This document shows positions 23,196 to 32,866 of a DNA stretch of 64,000 bases, piece by piece. The DNA comes from a virus. The stretch is taken from IMG/VR virus record IMGVR_UViG_3300045988_131726. One strand, 5' to 3'. Made by a program: the position numbers and the translations under genes. Position 1 is the first letter of the stretch. Every line of letters starts with the position of its first letter. The notes beneath the pieces were generated by a model that was given only the letters and a program-made list of their open reading frames with translations, had not been told where the DNA came from and did no database searches.

Positions 23196-23971
23196 TATTC
23201 ATCAACAGTTGTTTTAGCCTTTGTCTTAGGAGGCCGATAATTACCAATAGATATAGATAAATCATCAGATGAATTATTCTCCCCATCCTTAGGTAAGTAT
23301 AATACATTGCCAAGCTCTTTGACAATTAAGTCTATAATGGGCTGAACTAAAGCTTGCTCTACAGGGAAGTACATATCTAACTTACCATCTGTAGACTCTT
23401 GGAAGTCTGTAGGATTTTCAAAGATTCCTTGAATCCTAAAGCGCTTACCATTGAGAAAATCTGCAGTAGAGCTTATATACAACTTATGGTCATAACCAAT
23501 GGTAGCATACGGCTGCGATGTTAACCACTTGTTATAACCAAGATACTTAAATCTATCAGGATTTATAAAGTTAACATCAATGTTATTCTCTACAAAATCA
23601 CTTGATTGATTATATATAAAGACTGGGGTACCATCAATAATACATTCCTCTTCAATAGGAGCAGTATTATACGAGATGGAAGTCTCTAATAGAATGCCAT
23701 GTAAATTTAGGATAGAGGGGACAGGTTTATTGAAGCTAAAAGTTCTACGTACATCAGTATTATTTACTGGTAGATCTAAGTAACCTAAGTCCCAGATTTG
23801 GTAGTACTCAAGAGGAACATCCCTCTTGGTACCACCGTATCTTTGCTTAGCTAATATTGCACGATATTTATTGAGTAAAAAGATGATATGTTCTACTTCA
23901 ATTCTAGAATCATCAGAATCTAATTTTAACTCATCAAATACCATGTAAACACACTCACGATAGGTTTGCAT
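23195..23971 (-). CDS. Hypothetical structural protein (258 aa)
   Basis: ORF whose stop overlaps the start of the next gene (shared base 23195). No motif recognised. Confidence 0.5.
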   Translation of the reverse strand: MQTYRECVYMVFDELKLDSDDSRIEVEHIIFLLNKYRAILAKQRYGGTKRDVPLEYYQIWDLGYLDLPVNNTDVRRTFSFNKPVPSILNLHGILLETSISYNTAPIEEECIIDGTPVFIYNQSSDFVENNIDVNFINPDRFKYLGYNKWLTSQPYATIGYDHKLYISSTADFLNGKRFRIQGIFENPTDFQESTDGKLDMYFPVEQALVQPIIDLIVKELGNVLYLPKDGENNSSDDLSISIGNYRPPKTKAKTTVDE

Positions 23972-23976
23972 ATTAA

Positions 23977-24477
23977 TTATTCTTTATAAAACCAGTAATA
24001 TCCCTGGCTTTTCTTACTATGCCCTCTTAGACACATGCTTATTGCTTTATGGTTAAATCCATGTTTACGAGCCTCAGTAAGAGAAGAAAACTCTATAATT
24101 TCTTTAGTATCAATGTTAATACCATAGATTGCTTTATATTGCTTCTCTGCTCTAGATTTATTAGCGTTCCCATAATTAATATTATAACTGTAGGTACACC
24201 ATTCTAAATTCTCTACATGATTATTACCAGGGCACTCATCTTTGTGATTAATGATAGGATAATTGTGAGGGTTAGGGATGAAAGCTTGAGCCACTAATCT
24301 ATGTACTTTAGCATCTTTATACCCTCCATTTCCATCACATAATGTTATTGTATTATAACCATTAACGTCACTCCGGCCTTTTAAAATACGGCATATACGA
24401 CCCTTATTACTGACTAAATACAATCCCTCGTATCCTTCAACATCTTTCCAAATTTCGTCATTAAGATATGTTTCCAT
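23977..24477 (-). CDS. Free-standing HNH homing endonuclease (NUMOD4-type N-terminus)
   Basis: N-terminal WKDVEGYEGLYLVSNKGRI (NUMOD4-like) followed by VHRLVAQAFIPNP...INHKDECPGNNHVENLEWCTYSYN (HNH_3-like). Confidence 0.75.
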   Translation of the reverse strand: METYLNDEIWKDVEGYEGLYLVSNKGRICRILKGRSDVNGYNTITLCDGNGGYKDAKVHRLVAQAFIPNPHNYPIINHKDECPGNNHVENLEWCTYSYNINYGNANKSRAEKQYKAIYGINIDTKEIIEFSSLTEARKHGFNHKAISMCLRGHSKKSQGYYWFYKE

Positions 24478-25390
24478 TTAATAAAACTTCTTTAACATCT
24501 TTAGGAACTTCGGAGGTTCTTGCCCTAGATACAGCACCACACTCACAACGGTATACCTGGTATTTATTTACCGATGTATAATAAAAGCCCTCTTCAGTGA
24601 GATTATGAGAACCGCAGTTCGGGCATACTGGCTCATCACATTCATAATACAGCCCAAGATTAACATTCGAGCGAATCCAAGGTCGTAGTCTAAGGTATAC
24701 AGCTTCAAGACATTCAACATCCCAATTATTATACTTAAACATATACTCTAGAGCCTCAGGCTTACCATCAACACAGTCTGACCATAATTGAAAATTAGTC
24801 TCTAACTTAGTATCAACACCAAGAATCTTAGCTAAGTAATCTAACTTATTCGATGTAAAACCAAACTGCTTCTTAGCAACTTCTAAAGTATCAATATTCT
24901 GATAAGGTTTAACAGGAGGAAGTCTATGTATCAACATCCTAGCATTAATCTTCAACAAGTCAAACCTCTTCCCATTATGCGTAATAATAATGTCTGCCTC
25001 ATTTAAAAGTTTAGCTAAGCTCATAACAATTCTACGATCATCCTGGACCTTAGCTTCTTCACTAGTTAAACACCCTCCTAGAACTTCTCTGCCAAAAAGC
25101 CATTTAGCTGACCAACAGATAATATACCAGTCTGCAAGAAGCTTATCTAGATTTACAGAATCTTTCCATAGACTAAATACATAACCCTTCATAGGGGCAG
25201 TTTCAATGTCAAGAATAAGAATCTTAGGAGCTTTTATAACAGACTTAACTATTCCTAAGTTACGATAAAGTCTCTTTGCTTCAACAATATCTTCCTTAGA
25301 AGCATGAAGTCGTCTCGATAAGGATCCTTTACCCATACGTACTAGGTAAGGTTTAACCTTAAATACCTCTAAAATCTCATTAACGTTCAT
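24461..25390 (-). CDS. DnaQ/RNase H-fold 3'-5' exonuclease-like protein with C-terminal zinc ribbon
   Basis: Exo motifs ILILDIETAP, ITHNGKRFDL and YNNWDVECLEAVY. C-terminal CPNCGSH...CECGAVS. Confidence 0.6.
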   Translation of the reverse strand: MNVNEILEVFKVKPYLVRMGKGSLSRRLHASKEDIVEAKRLYRNLGIVKSVIKAPKILILDIETAPMKGYVFSLWKDSVNLDKLLADWYIICWSAKWLFGREVLGGCLTSEEAKVQDDRRIVMSLAKLLNEADIIITHNGKRFDLLKINARMLIHRLPPVKPYQNIDTLEVAKKQFGFTSNKLDYLAKILGVDTKLETNFQLWSDCVDGKPEALEYMFKYNNWDVECLEAVYLRLRPWIRSNVNLGLYYECDEPVCPNCGSHNLTEEGFYYTSVNKYQVYRCECGAVSRARTSEVPKDVKEVLLNGNIS

Positions 25391-25443
25391 ATTAAATTAA
25401 TTTAAATTATTAATTAGCTATTAATAGCTTATAAACTAAAAGT

Positions 25444-25482
25444 CCTCAAATATACGAAAAATTTTTCATATATCCAAGGACT
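25444..25482 (-). promoter_or_regulatory. Bacteroidota-type promoter (member of a recurrent phage motif)
   Basis: Minus strand reads CCTTGGATATATGAAAAATTTTTCGTATATTTGAGG. It has a perfect -7 box TATATTTG (TAnnTTTG), about 55 nt upstream of the ATG at 25390. Confidence 0.5.
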
Positions 25483-25519
25483 TTTGTAAAAAAATAATAA
25501 TTTCTATTATTTTTGGTAA

Positions 25520-25933
25520 TTATCTATCGGAACTAAGGTAGATATAACGATTCATAGTTTGAGCAAAATCATCTAAGATATTTACAATACCAGCATATCT
25601 GCCAGCAGTCATACTAGACTTTAAATACTCAGCTTTTGCAGCTAGAACCTTTAAGATCTCCTTAGGATCAGTAGTATTAGGAATATTAGGATTGATAATG
25701 CCATAACCAAAACGACTGTCATTAAGACCCATAATATTCTCAGTAATATCATCAACATACTCTAATAAATCTTCGTTTATTTCATCTATCAGTAGATGTA
25801 AAGATTTACTATAAGTATTCCAATGAATCTCCTTAAGTTTAAAGTATGAGCCATAAAGTTCGTTAACGAAGATTATAACTCTCTCGAAATCCATTTCCAT
25901 ACTAGATATATAATTACTCCCTGCTTTTGTCAA
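25520..25933 (-). CDS. Dps/ferritin-like four-helix-bundle protein (weak)
   Basis: KLKEIHWNTYSKSLHLLIDEINEDLLEYVDDITENIMGL resembles the Dps signature (K-x-x-HWN...LH...DE...D-x-I-x-E-x-I). The His-His spacing is shorter than in E. coli Dps. Confidence 0.4.
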   Translation of the reverse strand: MTKAGSNYISSMEMDFERVIIFVNELYGSYFKLKEIHWNTYSKSLHLLIDEINEDLLEYVDDITENIMGLNDSRFGYGIINPNIPNTTDPKEILKVLAAKAEYLKSSMTAGRYAGIVNILDDFAQTMNRYIYLSSDR

Positions 25934-26210
25934 GCATAACCATCAGCACCTCTTCATCCATTTCTCTGGCATCAAAGTAAGCCTCGATTAGCTTGAGAAC
26001 ATCCAAAAGCTTGCATTCTACAGTGCCATGTAAATTTTCTCGAATAAGCTCGTGAAGATCCCTAGAGTCTGAGTGAATAATCTCTTTATACTCTTCCTCA
26101 CTAAGATAGTGACCTTCTAAACTTTTCTTCATAGCATTGTGTGCAGCTTCAGATATCATCTCAAGTATTGACTCAGCAGATAGATTAACATGCAGGTGTT
26201 TTTTCATCAT
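25914..26210 (-). CDS. Hypothetical protein (98 aa)
   Basis: ORF in a chain of overlapping same-strand small ORFs. Confidence 0.45.
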   Translation of the reverse strand: MMKKHLHVNLSAESILEMISEAAHNAMKKSLEGHYLSEEEYKEIIHSDSRDLHELIRENLHGTVECKLLDVLKLIEAYFDAREMDEEVLMVMLDKSRE

Positions 26211-26451
26211 AACTACGAGATTTAAGTGATTTGTGCTTATTATCTCTACCGCTATGATTTCTTTTGAGACTCAGTATACTTACCTTCACATCCTTTAAGG
26301 TTTCGATCAGTTCTTTCTGAGATGAATCAATATGACCAAGATAATTTTTTACGTCAGCCTGGAGAACTAGAATCTCTGCTAAAAGAGCTTTAATCTCTCT
26401 GTTAGGAGTGAAGAAATCCTTCATCTTCTGAATAAAAGTTACACTAGGCAT
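26185..26451 (-). CDS. Hypothetical protein (88 aa)
   Basis: ORF overlapping both neighbours on the same strand. Confidence 0.4.
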   Translation of the reverse strand: MPSVTFIQKMKDFFTPNREIKALLAEILVLQADVKNYLGHIDSSQKELIETLKDVKVSILSLKRNHSGRDNKHKSLKSRSYDEKTPAC

Positions 26452-26761
26452 CCTTACTCTTAATGTTTAAGAACTCTCTCTTAAACAAGTCAATGTCTTC
26501 TGGCCCAAAAGTAATACCCAGCAAGGTCGGCTTATTAGGCATCGATCTCATCATATCCTTCAGAGCATTAGACAATGACTCAATGTCGATGTTATCATTC
26601 CCATCCGTTAAGGCGTCCATAATAAACTTATACTTAGGCTTGCTAAGTATGTTATTAGCGCCATATATTGCTACAGGTGCCAAATAAGGCACTCCTAAGT
26701 TCATGGCAATAGTACGAATCGACGAATTTAATGCGGCTTTTAATATCTCTAAATCAGACAT
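26444..26761 (-). CDS. Hypothetical protein (105 aa)
   Basis: ORF on the same strand, 2 nt downstream of the preceding gene. Confidence 0.45.
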   Translation of the reverse strand: MSDLEILKAALNSSIRTIAMNLGVPYLAPVAIYGANNILSKPKYKFIMDALTDGNDNIDIESLSNALKDMMRSMPNKPTLLGITFGPEDIDLFKREFLNIKSKDA

Positions 26762-26763
26762 GT

Positions 26764-27204
26764 TTATTTAATTTTATCTAGTAACTCAGGATGCTTGTCC
26801 AATAGATCTGCTACTTTCTGGAGCTTCTCTTGCTTAACAGCAATCTCTTGCTGTGCTTTGGATTTAACATCTTTAATCACACTTAATAACCGTTCACCGG
26901 CTATCCTTCCTTCAGGGGTAGTAATGTATTCATTACTGAATTTATTACCTAAAAAATTCATAAACCCTGATTCATAGATATTCTTAGCCTCAGAATATTC
27001 AGGAGATTTCTCAATTAATTTCTTCTCATCCTCTGTTAAATTAGATGAGATATTATTAATCTCCTCAAGTAGTGAATATTGAGGAGTACCACTTCCCATA
27101 GACTTAAGCGCCTCTATCTGTCCTTCTAACATTCGTAACTGGTTCTCCTTAGTCAACGGTGATTGGAAACCTTGATAAGCAGACCCTACTGGATATCCAT
27201 ACAT
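26764..27204 (-). CDS. Hypothetical coiled-coil protein (146 aa)
   Basis: ORF with charged, heptad-like sequence. Confidence 0.45.
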   Translation of the reverse strand: MYGYPVGSAYQGFQSPLTKENQLRMLEGQIEALKSMGSGTPQYSLLEEINNISSNLTEDEKKLIEKSPEYSEAKNIYESGFMNFLGNKFSNEYITTPEGRIAGERLLSVIKDVKSKAQQEIAVKQEKLQKVADLLDKHPELLDKIK

Positions 27205-27225
27205 AGTTGTAAAGATTACTAATTA

Positions 27226-27687
27226 CTACGGAGTAGGAGCGGATGTCCCTTTCGTAGATACAGCATATACGAAGTAACCTCTGTTAGATGCTAACATAGC
27301 TGCAGTGGGAGTAGAGTTTATCACATTCTGAGTAACCTTGCATACACAAGGAGGAATTATCATCCCTATAATCTTCTCAGAAGTAATATCCTCAACAGTA
27401 GGAACTGTTGAACTCTGGATTACAGCAGCATTACTAGAATGTACTGTAAAAGTTCTACTCATATTGGTTACGTCTGTATAGCTTACCTGTAAAGCTAGAT
27501 CTACTTTCGTTAAATAGTAAGTAGTTGAATCCAACGTGAACTCACTAGTATAACGAATAGTAGGAATTAACGTAGACGTAGGTGCTACGTCAGTCCTAGC
27601 AGGAGTGGGTAAACATACATTAAATTCAACTACTTGATTTAATGTAGTTCCCTCACCAAAGTTAGTTATTACTGTTCGTTCCATCAT
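27226..27687 (-). CDS. Hypothetical structural protein (153 aa, Thr/Ser/Val-rich)
   Basis: ORF in the head/neck block with beta-rich composition. Confidence 0.45.
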   Translation of the reverse strand: MMERTVITNFGEGTTLNQVVEFNVCLPTPARTDVAPTSTLIPTIRYTSEFTLDSTTYYLTKVDLALQVSYTDVTNMSRTFTVHSSNAAVIQSSTVPTVEDITSEKIIGMIIPPCVCKVTQNVINSTPTAAMLASNRGYFVYAVSTKGTSAPTP

Positions 27688-27709
27688 GATCCCAATTAAT
27701 TAGATTCAA

Positions 27710-28243
27710 TTACTGAACTACAGTAGTAGAGGAGCCACATCCGAAACCAAAGGGATTATTCATAGGAACAGCTACCTGCGGATAGGGCGGATAGCAAATC
27801 TCTCTGTAGGGAAGCCGGATCTCACCGTCAACTTTATTCCAAGTTCGGGAATCCGTGTATCTCTCAGACTTAAGAGCTGAAATCTCTGCTAACAGAGGTT
27901 GTGTGGCTTCGATAGCAGCAACCTTCTTGTCAAGGTTTATAATACCCTGAGCCAGCTGGTTAGCATACTCACCAAGTCTCTGGTCAGCTCTGTTCGACTG
28001 AGAAATAATTTCTCTGTATAATTCTATGCCAACATTGTCAGCATATTTTTCAGCTGCTAAATTAGCAGCAGCGGCTTGGTATGCAGATACCAACTCCGAT
28101 TGACCGTTGCAATTACCTCCGCCAAAGAGGTTACCAAACAGTCCATTACCGCAACCGCTACCACGAAGGAGCCATCCTGCGGTACCTATAATGCCAAGAG
28201 TTAATCCGGCATTACCAACGCCTTTAGAAGCAAATTCTGCCAT
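27710..28243 (-). CDS. Hypothetical protein with Gly-rich N-terminus (177 aa)
   Basis: ORF with GVGNAGLTLGIIGTAGWLLRGSGCGNGLFGNLFGGGNCNG then a helical segment. G+C is higher than in neighbouring genes. Confidence 0.5.
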   Translation of the reverse strand: MAEFASKGVGNAGLTLGIIGTAGWLLRGSGCGNGLFGNLFGGGNCNGQSELVSAYQAAAANLAAEKYADNVGIELYREIISQSNRADQRLGEYANQLAQGIINLDKKVAAIEATQPLLAEISALKSERYTDSRTWNKVDGEIRLPYREICYPPYPQVAVPMNNPFGFGCGSSTTVVQ

Positions 28244-28315
28244 AATTAGTGAAAGTTTTAAAAGTTAATTTGAACTAAATAAATGATATATTTCGTGCAA
28301 AATATATATGTAATA

Positions 28316-28341
28316 GGACTACTGCCCGTAAGCAGTAGCCC
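28316..28341 (-). terminator. Hairpin downstream of the 358-aa gene (possible terminator)
   Basis: Minus strand GGGCTACTGC-TTAC-GGGCAGTAGTCC. The following T-run is weak. Confidence 0.35.
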
Positions 28342-28412
28342 AATATTACTCTAATCAACTTTCACTAACTCTTATAATATTACTTAATTATAGTAATTGC
28401 CCTAAACTATAA

Positions 28413-29489
28413 TTAGGCGATAATAGCCGAAATAGTCTTGTTAAGACCATCAGCAATAGTCCCGAGAACAAGACTGGACTCTTCTTCAGTACCAGCTTTA
28501 CTAGTCTCACACAGAATCATAAGCTGTTTCTCCGAAGCCTGGGGAGAGGTAGCCTCACCACGATAGAAGAATGCAAGATCTACAGAGTCATAATTCTTCT
28601 TAGGATCTACCATATACTCTGTCGTAATGTTCAACGGATAGTTGTTCATACGATAGAAGTCTCCAATTTCACCATGATAGAAGTACTCAAGATCTGCTGC
28701 TACCTTACCAGCACCACGACCAAGCGAACCACCTACAGTCTTCGTAAAGAGACCTTTATCTACATCTGAAGCATCAATCCAATCAAACGACTCAAAGTTC
28801 GTATTACCAGTCGATGAAATTGAGAGAACGGGGTTGGGATAGATGTCGAAGTTATAAGAACGAAGCTGTACCTTACCTATAATCCAAGGCTTTAGATTAT
28901 CAGCAACTTCCTTGATAACAATAGTGTCTGCAGTACTACCAGTTTCACCTTGAGCGGTAAGAACCGGCCAGTCCAACTTATTGTAATTCTTACCTGCTAC
29001 GCCATACATCTTATTAATCTGCTCTGCAAGACCAACAGTAAGTTCCTTCGAAAGAGCAGTTGCATCAGTAGCCGAACTCGTAGTGTACGAGACAACCCCT
29101 ACCATCTGATCTTCCTGCGAACCCGACATAACCTCACGGATCATAACACGAAGGCTATACTCAGTATTAGGAGTAAGCTCAGCCTTGTTAACCTTAATAG
29201 TTACCGTACGCTGTGTACCTACCTTAAAGGGCTTAGCAGCATAGTGTCGTATTTTATCCTTATCAACAATATCCGATTTCATGATATCGCCATAGGCATT
29301 GACATACTGGATATAAAATTTTTCGACAGCTGATGCATTCACTTCACCAGTACCAGCTGCGCCCGAGCTTCCCGAGCCTTGACCATCAACAACGACCTTA
29401 TTCCCAGTCTTTAAGTCAATAATCTTCACATCGTTGGCTGCTTTGGCAACAATGACATGACGAACAGCATTTTCACTAAAATTTGCCAT
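28413..29489 (-). CDS. Abundant-looking structural protein (358 aa), function unknown
   Basis: ORF with raised G+C and capsid-gene-like codon usage, followed by a hairpin. Its position is between the head-completion genes. Confidence 0.55.
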   Translation of the reverse strand: MANFSENAVRHVIVAKAANDVKIIDLKTGNKVVVDGQGSGSSGAAGTGEVNASAVEKFYIQYVNAYGDIMKSDIVDKDKIRHYAAKPFKVGTQRTVTIKVNKAELTPNTEYSLRVMIREVMSGSQEDQMVGVVSYTTSSATDATALSKELTVGLAEQINKMYGVAGKNYNKLDWPVLTAQGETGSTADTIVIKEVADNLKPWIIGKVQLRSYNFDIYPNPVLSISSTGNTNFESFDWIDASDVDKGLFTKTVGGSLGRGAGKVAADLEYFYHGEIGDFYRMNNYPLNITTEYMVDPKKNYDSVDLAFFYRGEATSPQASEKQLMILCETSKAGTEEESSLVLGTIADGLNKTISAIIA

Positions 29490-29507
29490 ATTATTACATT
29501 AATTAAA

Positions 29508-30293
29508 TTATTCTACTCTGCGATTCAGAGCAATTTGTGTGTTCAAACTATTCTCCTTATAATCTCGTGTTGCTAATTCAACAGCACGATTTATAATCAA
29601 TTCCCAAAGCGTAGGTGAAATCTTATCTCCTAGCTGAGCTATAGTATCTTTATCTACATTAGCTTTACGCTCTCCCATAATGGAAAGGTTTCCGATACTA
29701 ATCCATTCTTCAGAATCCAGATCTACTAGTATAATAGGTTCTGGCTCTTTCATATAAGTGTAGATATACTGAAACTCTTTAGCAGTAAGATCTTCATTAG
29801 AAACTAAGATTACTTGTCGTACCGTAGTATCCTCATTAATTGTTTCATCCACACGCCATACTCGTAAGTCTGAAGGTCTCCTAAAAGGATTCCTCATAAG
29901 CCTATAGGCTTCATCAATATCTACAGGTTTAACATCTATATTACGAGCCCTTAGACTAGGGTCAATAGGACCTTTAATACGCTCAGCTAATAGCTGAAGT
30001 ACATTAGCATCTAAGTCTATAACATAAGAATTAAGCCCTTCAATTTGATTGGGAACAAGTGTTGATATAACAGATGTTCCTGTCAAAATATAACGTGGAA
30101 GAAGTGATTTAACAGCTTCTGTACTATCAATGGTATCACCACCCATAGCACCATTATAATAGCTTGAAACAACCTCTCTATGCGCCTGAGTTAAGAATAA
30201 TGATATTTCATACTCATTAAGACCTGGTGCAGCTGCACTTAAGATATTATCATAATGTAGATTAAATTTCTGAATCAGTTCCGCTGCAGTCAT
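29508..30293 (-). CDS. Hypothetical head/neck protein (261 aa)
   Basis: ORF two genes downstream of the capsid gene. Synteny only. Confidence 0.5.
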   Translation of the reverse strand: MTAAELIQKFNLHYDNILSAAAPGLNEYEISLFLTQAHREVVSSYYNGAMGGDTIDSTEAVKSLLPRYILTGTSVISTLVPNQIEGLNSYVIDLDANVLQLLAERIKGPIDPSLRARNIDVKPVDIDEAYRLMRNPFRRPSDLRVWRVDETINEDTTVRQVILVSNEDLTAKEFQYIYTYMKEPEPIILVDLDSEEWISIGNLSIMGERKANVDKDTIAQLGDKISPTLWELIINRAVELATRDYKENSLNTQIALNRRVE

Positions 30294-30301
30294 AATGTAA
30301 A

Positions 30302-31300
30302 TTATTTCTTAGAAGCTTTGATCTTAGCCTCAAGCATTAACTTATACTCTTGATTCTTGACAGCATTGATATACCTTGCAGCATTAGTAATATTCGGATC
30401 ATCCATACCTTCACAAAGCGGAGTATTGTCAGCCTTGTAGTAAAGATCACCACGCTTCTTAATAAGTCCTGCACTAATAGCATCCTTAATCATTACCTTG
30501 GTCTCAAGGTAGGGATCTTGTAGAATCTGTACAAAGAGCTTAGGATTGCTCTGCATATTCTTAAATGCTTGAGCTTGTAGCCAATCAAGAGTACTTGTAT
30601 CAGATACAGGCTTACCTTCAAGAGTCTCAACTACTAGACGTAGTACAGGTTTATTCTCAAGGAATTTACCAAGCTCGAAGGATGCCTGCATAGCTACATT
30701 CATTTCCTTATTGAGAGTCTTAACCTCTTCTCCCTCTCTGATAAGCACATACCTATAGGTTGCTTTAGGACTGGTCTTAAGAGTATCAAGACTAGGAGCA
30801 ATAGTATCTGAATTAGCTAGCAGAATCTTATATTTAATATAACCATCAGGGGTAGAAAGATCCAGAATTGTATCCATCTTCCCAAGTCTTACAATAGCAT
30901 TGTCAGACTCCCAATAGTTATCTTCCTTACGATAGATAGATAGTGCATTATCTTCAAGACCCATAGCCATTTCTAAGAACTTTTTCTCAGCTTTAGTGAG
31001 AGCATTCTTATATGAACCCGACATCAGAAGCGGTAGCGTATAGATTTTAACTGCGGTTTCAGCCATACCTCCATAGAGAGCGTGAGTAGGCTTGTCAATA
31101 TTACCAGTAGGTTTAAGAATACACCGTACAATAACTTTCTCATTCTTGAGACAGTTTACTAACGGCTCTTCCTCTACAATGGTAGCTACACCTTTCTTAT
31201 CTACCTTAGGACCCTTTACAGGTTTAGGTACTTCAACTTTTACCTCATCAACTGAGGTGTCAACATCAATATCACCAATATTGCTAAAATTCTTATCCAT
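30302..31300 (-). CDS. Hypothetical capsid-associated protein (332 aa)
   Basis: ORF immediately downstream of the capsid gene. Synteny only. Confidence 0.5.
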   Translation of the reverse strand: MDKNFSNIGDIDVDTSVDEVKVEVPKPVKGPKVDKKGVATIVEEEPLVNCLKNEKVIVRCILKPTGNIDKPTHALYGGMAETAVKIYTLPLLMSGSYKNALTKAEKKFLEMAMGLEDNALSIYRKEDNYWESDNAIVRLGKMDTILDLSTPDGYIKYKILLANSDTIAPSLDTLKTSPKATYRYVLIREGEEVKTLNKEMNVAMQASFELGKFLENKPVLRLVVETLEGKPVSDTSTLDWLQAQAFKNMQSNPKLFVQILQDPYLETKVMIKDAISAGLIKKRGDLYYKADNTPLCEGMDDPNITNAARYINAVKNQEYKLMLEAKIKASKK

Positions 31301-31324
31301 AACTTCTCCCTTAATTTAAATGAA

Positions 31325-31352
31325 GGTAAGTGGGATTTGACCCCCACCTACC
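31325..31352 (-). terminator. Hairpin after the capsid gene stop (possible attenuating terminator)
   Basis: Minus strand GGTAGGTGGGGG-TCAAA-TCCCACTTACC begins 11 nt after the exon-3 stop codon. Confidence 0.45.
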
Positions 31353-31362
31353 TAATAATTTA

Positions 31363-31511
31363 TTACTCCGTAAGAATATTCGGAATCAGGCTCATGGTAC
31401 GAGTCGGATCCAGGATGAAGACACCCAGAGTAGCCATCTTGTGGATCTGAGCCGAGTCTTCGGGATACGACATGTACGGGTTGTTCATGCCACCCGTGAA
31501 CGGGTTTCTCA
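31363..31511 (-). CDS. Major capsid protein, exon 3 (C-terminal 49 codons + stop)
   Basis: My own translation: (L)RNPFTGGMNNPYMSYPEDSAQIHKMATLGVFILDPTRTMSLIPNILTE-stop. It continues ...EEYRGYMWG from exon 2 in frame. The ORF track only shows a wrong-frame ORF here. Confidence 0.8.
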
Positions 31512-31860
31512 CATTTAAACGTTACTGATATACCGTTACCGTATATCATCTACAACTTTCGTTGTAGTTCAGACTATATCTTCACTGACAAATGTCAGGC
31601 AAGGCATTTCGGAGCTACTTAGCCCCTACTCCCAAACGGGATAGTCGTTGAACCTTTAATTATAAATATCATTATAATTACTTGGCTGCTGGTTATCCAA
31701 TCTTTTCTATTTTCAAACTTTCACGCTTAGTATTGCTACTTACGTTGTAGTTAGGAAAGCTCTAAGGAACTTCCAGCAATTAACCTTGTTTTAAAGCCTC
31801 TCTTCTGTTCCTGGGTCAGGCTTGTGGGAACTGAGAAATGTGTAAAGGCTTACGCCGTTA
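31512..31860 (-). ncRNA. ORF-less group I intron (IA-like core) in the capsid gene
   Basis: Minus-strand elements: P AATTGCTGGAAG (31770-31781), Q AACCAGCAGCCAAG (31681-31694), R GTTCAACGACTATC (31640-31653), S GAAGATATAGTCT (31571-31583). P4 pairs TGCTGG/CCAGCA. P1: exon TGGGGAT (31867-31861) pairs with GTTCCCA (31831-31825), with U-G at the splice site. Terminal G at 31512. Confidence 0.8.
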
Positions 31861-32866
31861 ATCCCCACATATAACCCCGATACTCTTCCTTACCACGAAC
31901 CTTAGCTAGCTGAATATTAGGCTCCTCAGTAGTACCAATACACATAATATCATAACGGTACGACTCTGCAACACCGCCATTCGGGTGCATGATCTTGTTA
32001 CGTACCTGATCGTCGTAGAGAGGATTAACATCAATCTGAATGGTTAGACCATTAGGAGCTTTGTACTCTACAAACTGGAAACCTGCACTCAGGGCATTCT
32101 CATGAAGCTTACTTGAAGTCTTTGAAATAATAGCAGGATTAGCTGCATTGCCACCAAGATACTGGAATACAGTCCATCCAGATACTACATCAAGAACTGC
32201 CTTATGGAACTGTACAGCACCACGAGAACCAGTCTCAATAATAAAGGTACGATCTGAGTAGTCAAGCTTCGACTCTGACAGCTCGAAGAGAGCATCCTCA
32301 AGAGTCTTCAGACTAAACTTAGTGTAATAACGAGTATTACCTACAGACATCTGAGCACGGATACCATCACCCATCTTAATGACATTACCGGACTTACCAA
32401 AGTTCAGATACTCACCGTTCTTATTACGGTTCGAGCGGCCAAACATTATAATGTTCGACTTATATTCTGAGAAGGTTTCCTCCAGCTTATAGTCTACATG
32501 GTGAATCCATGAATTTGCTACTTGCTTATTACCAGCCTTATCTACAAAAGGTATACCAATGGCCAGCTTCTTATCAAGAATATTTCCAGGAACCTTAGTC
32601 TGAATACGAATGTGTGACCACTCATTACGCATAGCAGTAGAGCTAGTATAACGAACATCGCCTACTTCCAGCGACATCGTATCCTCAACAGGAGCATATT
32701 CCCAGCTAAACCGCTTACCAGCAACAAGCTGACTTACGGGCATACCATCAAGGACGCCTCCCATAAGTTCTACAGTATAAACTGCATTCGAACCTTCAAG
32801 TCTCGGCTGACCCAGAATACGCAGGGGATAAACCTCATTAAGTTCTCCTACAATTACCTCACCATC
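31861..32866 (-). CDS. Major capsid protein, exon 2
   Basis: The sequence DGEVIVGELNEVYPLRILGQPRLEGSNAVYTVELMGG...AESYRYDIMCIGTTEEPNIQLAKVRGKEEYRGYMWG is recognisably a crAss-type HK97-fold capsid protein. The 5' boundary is uncertain: 32866 is preferred, 32878 is the alternative. Both follow a G and keep the frame. Confidence 0.75.

Noticed and set aside
31330-31549. Track ORFs 31352-31549 (-) and 31330-31518 (+) between the capsid gene and the next gene.
   Set aside because: They are in the wrong frame or on the wrong strand. The third minus-strand frame gives the capsid C-terminal exon, which continues exon 2 after intron removal.
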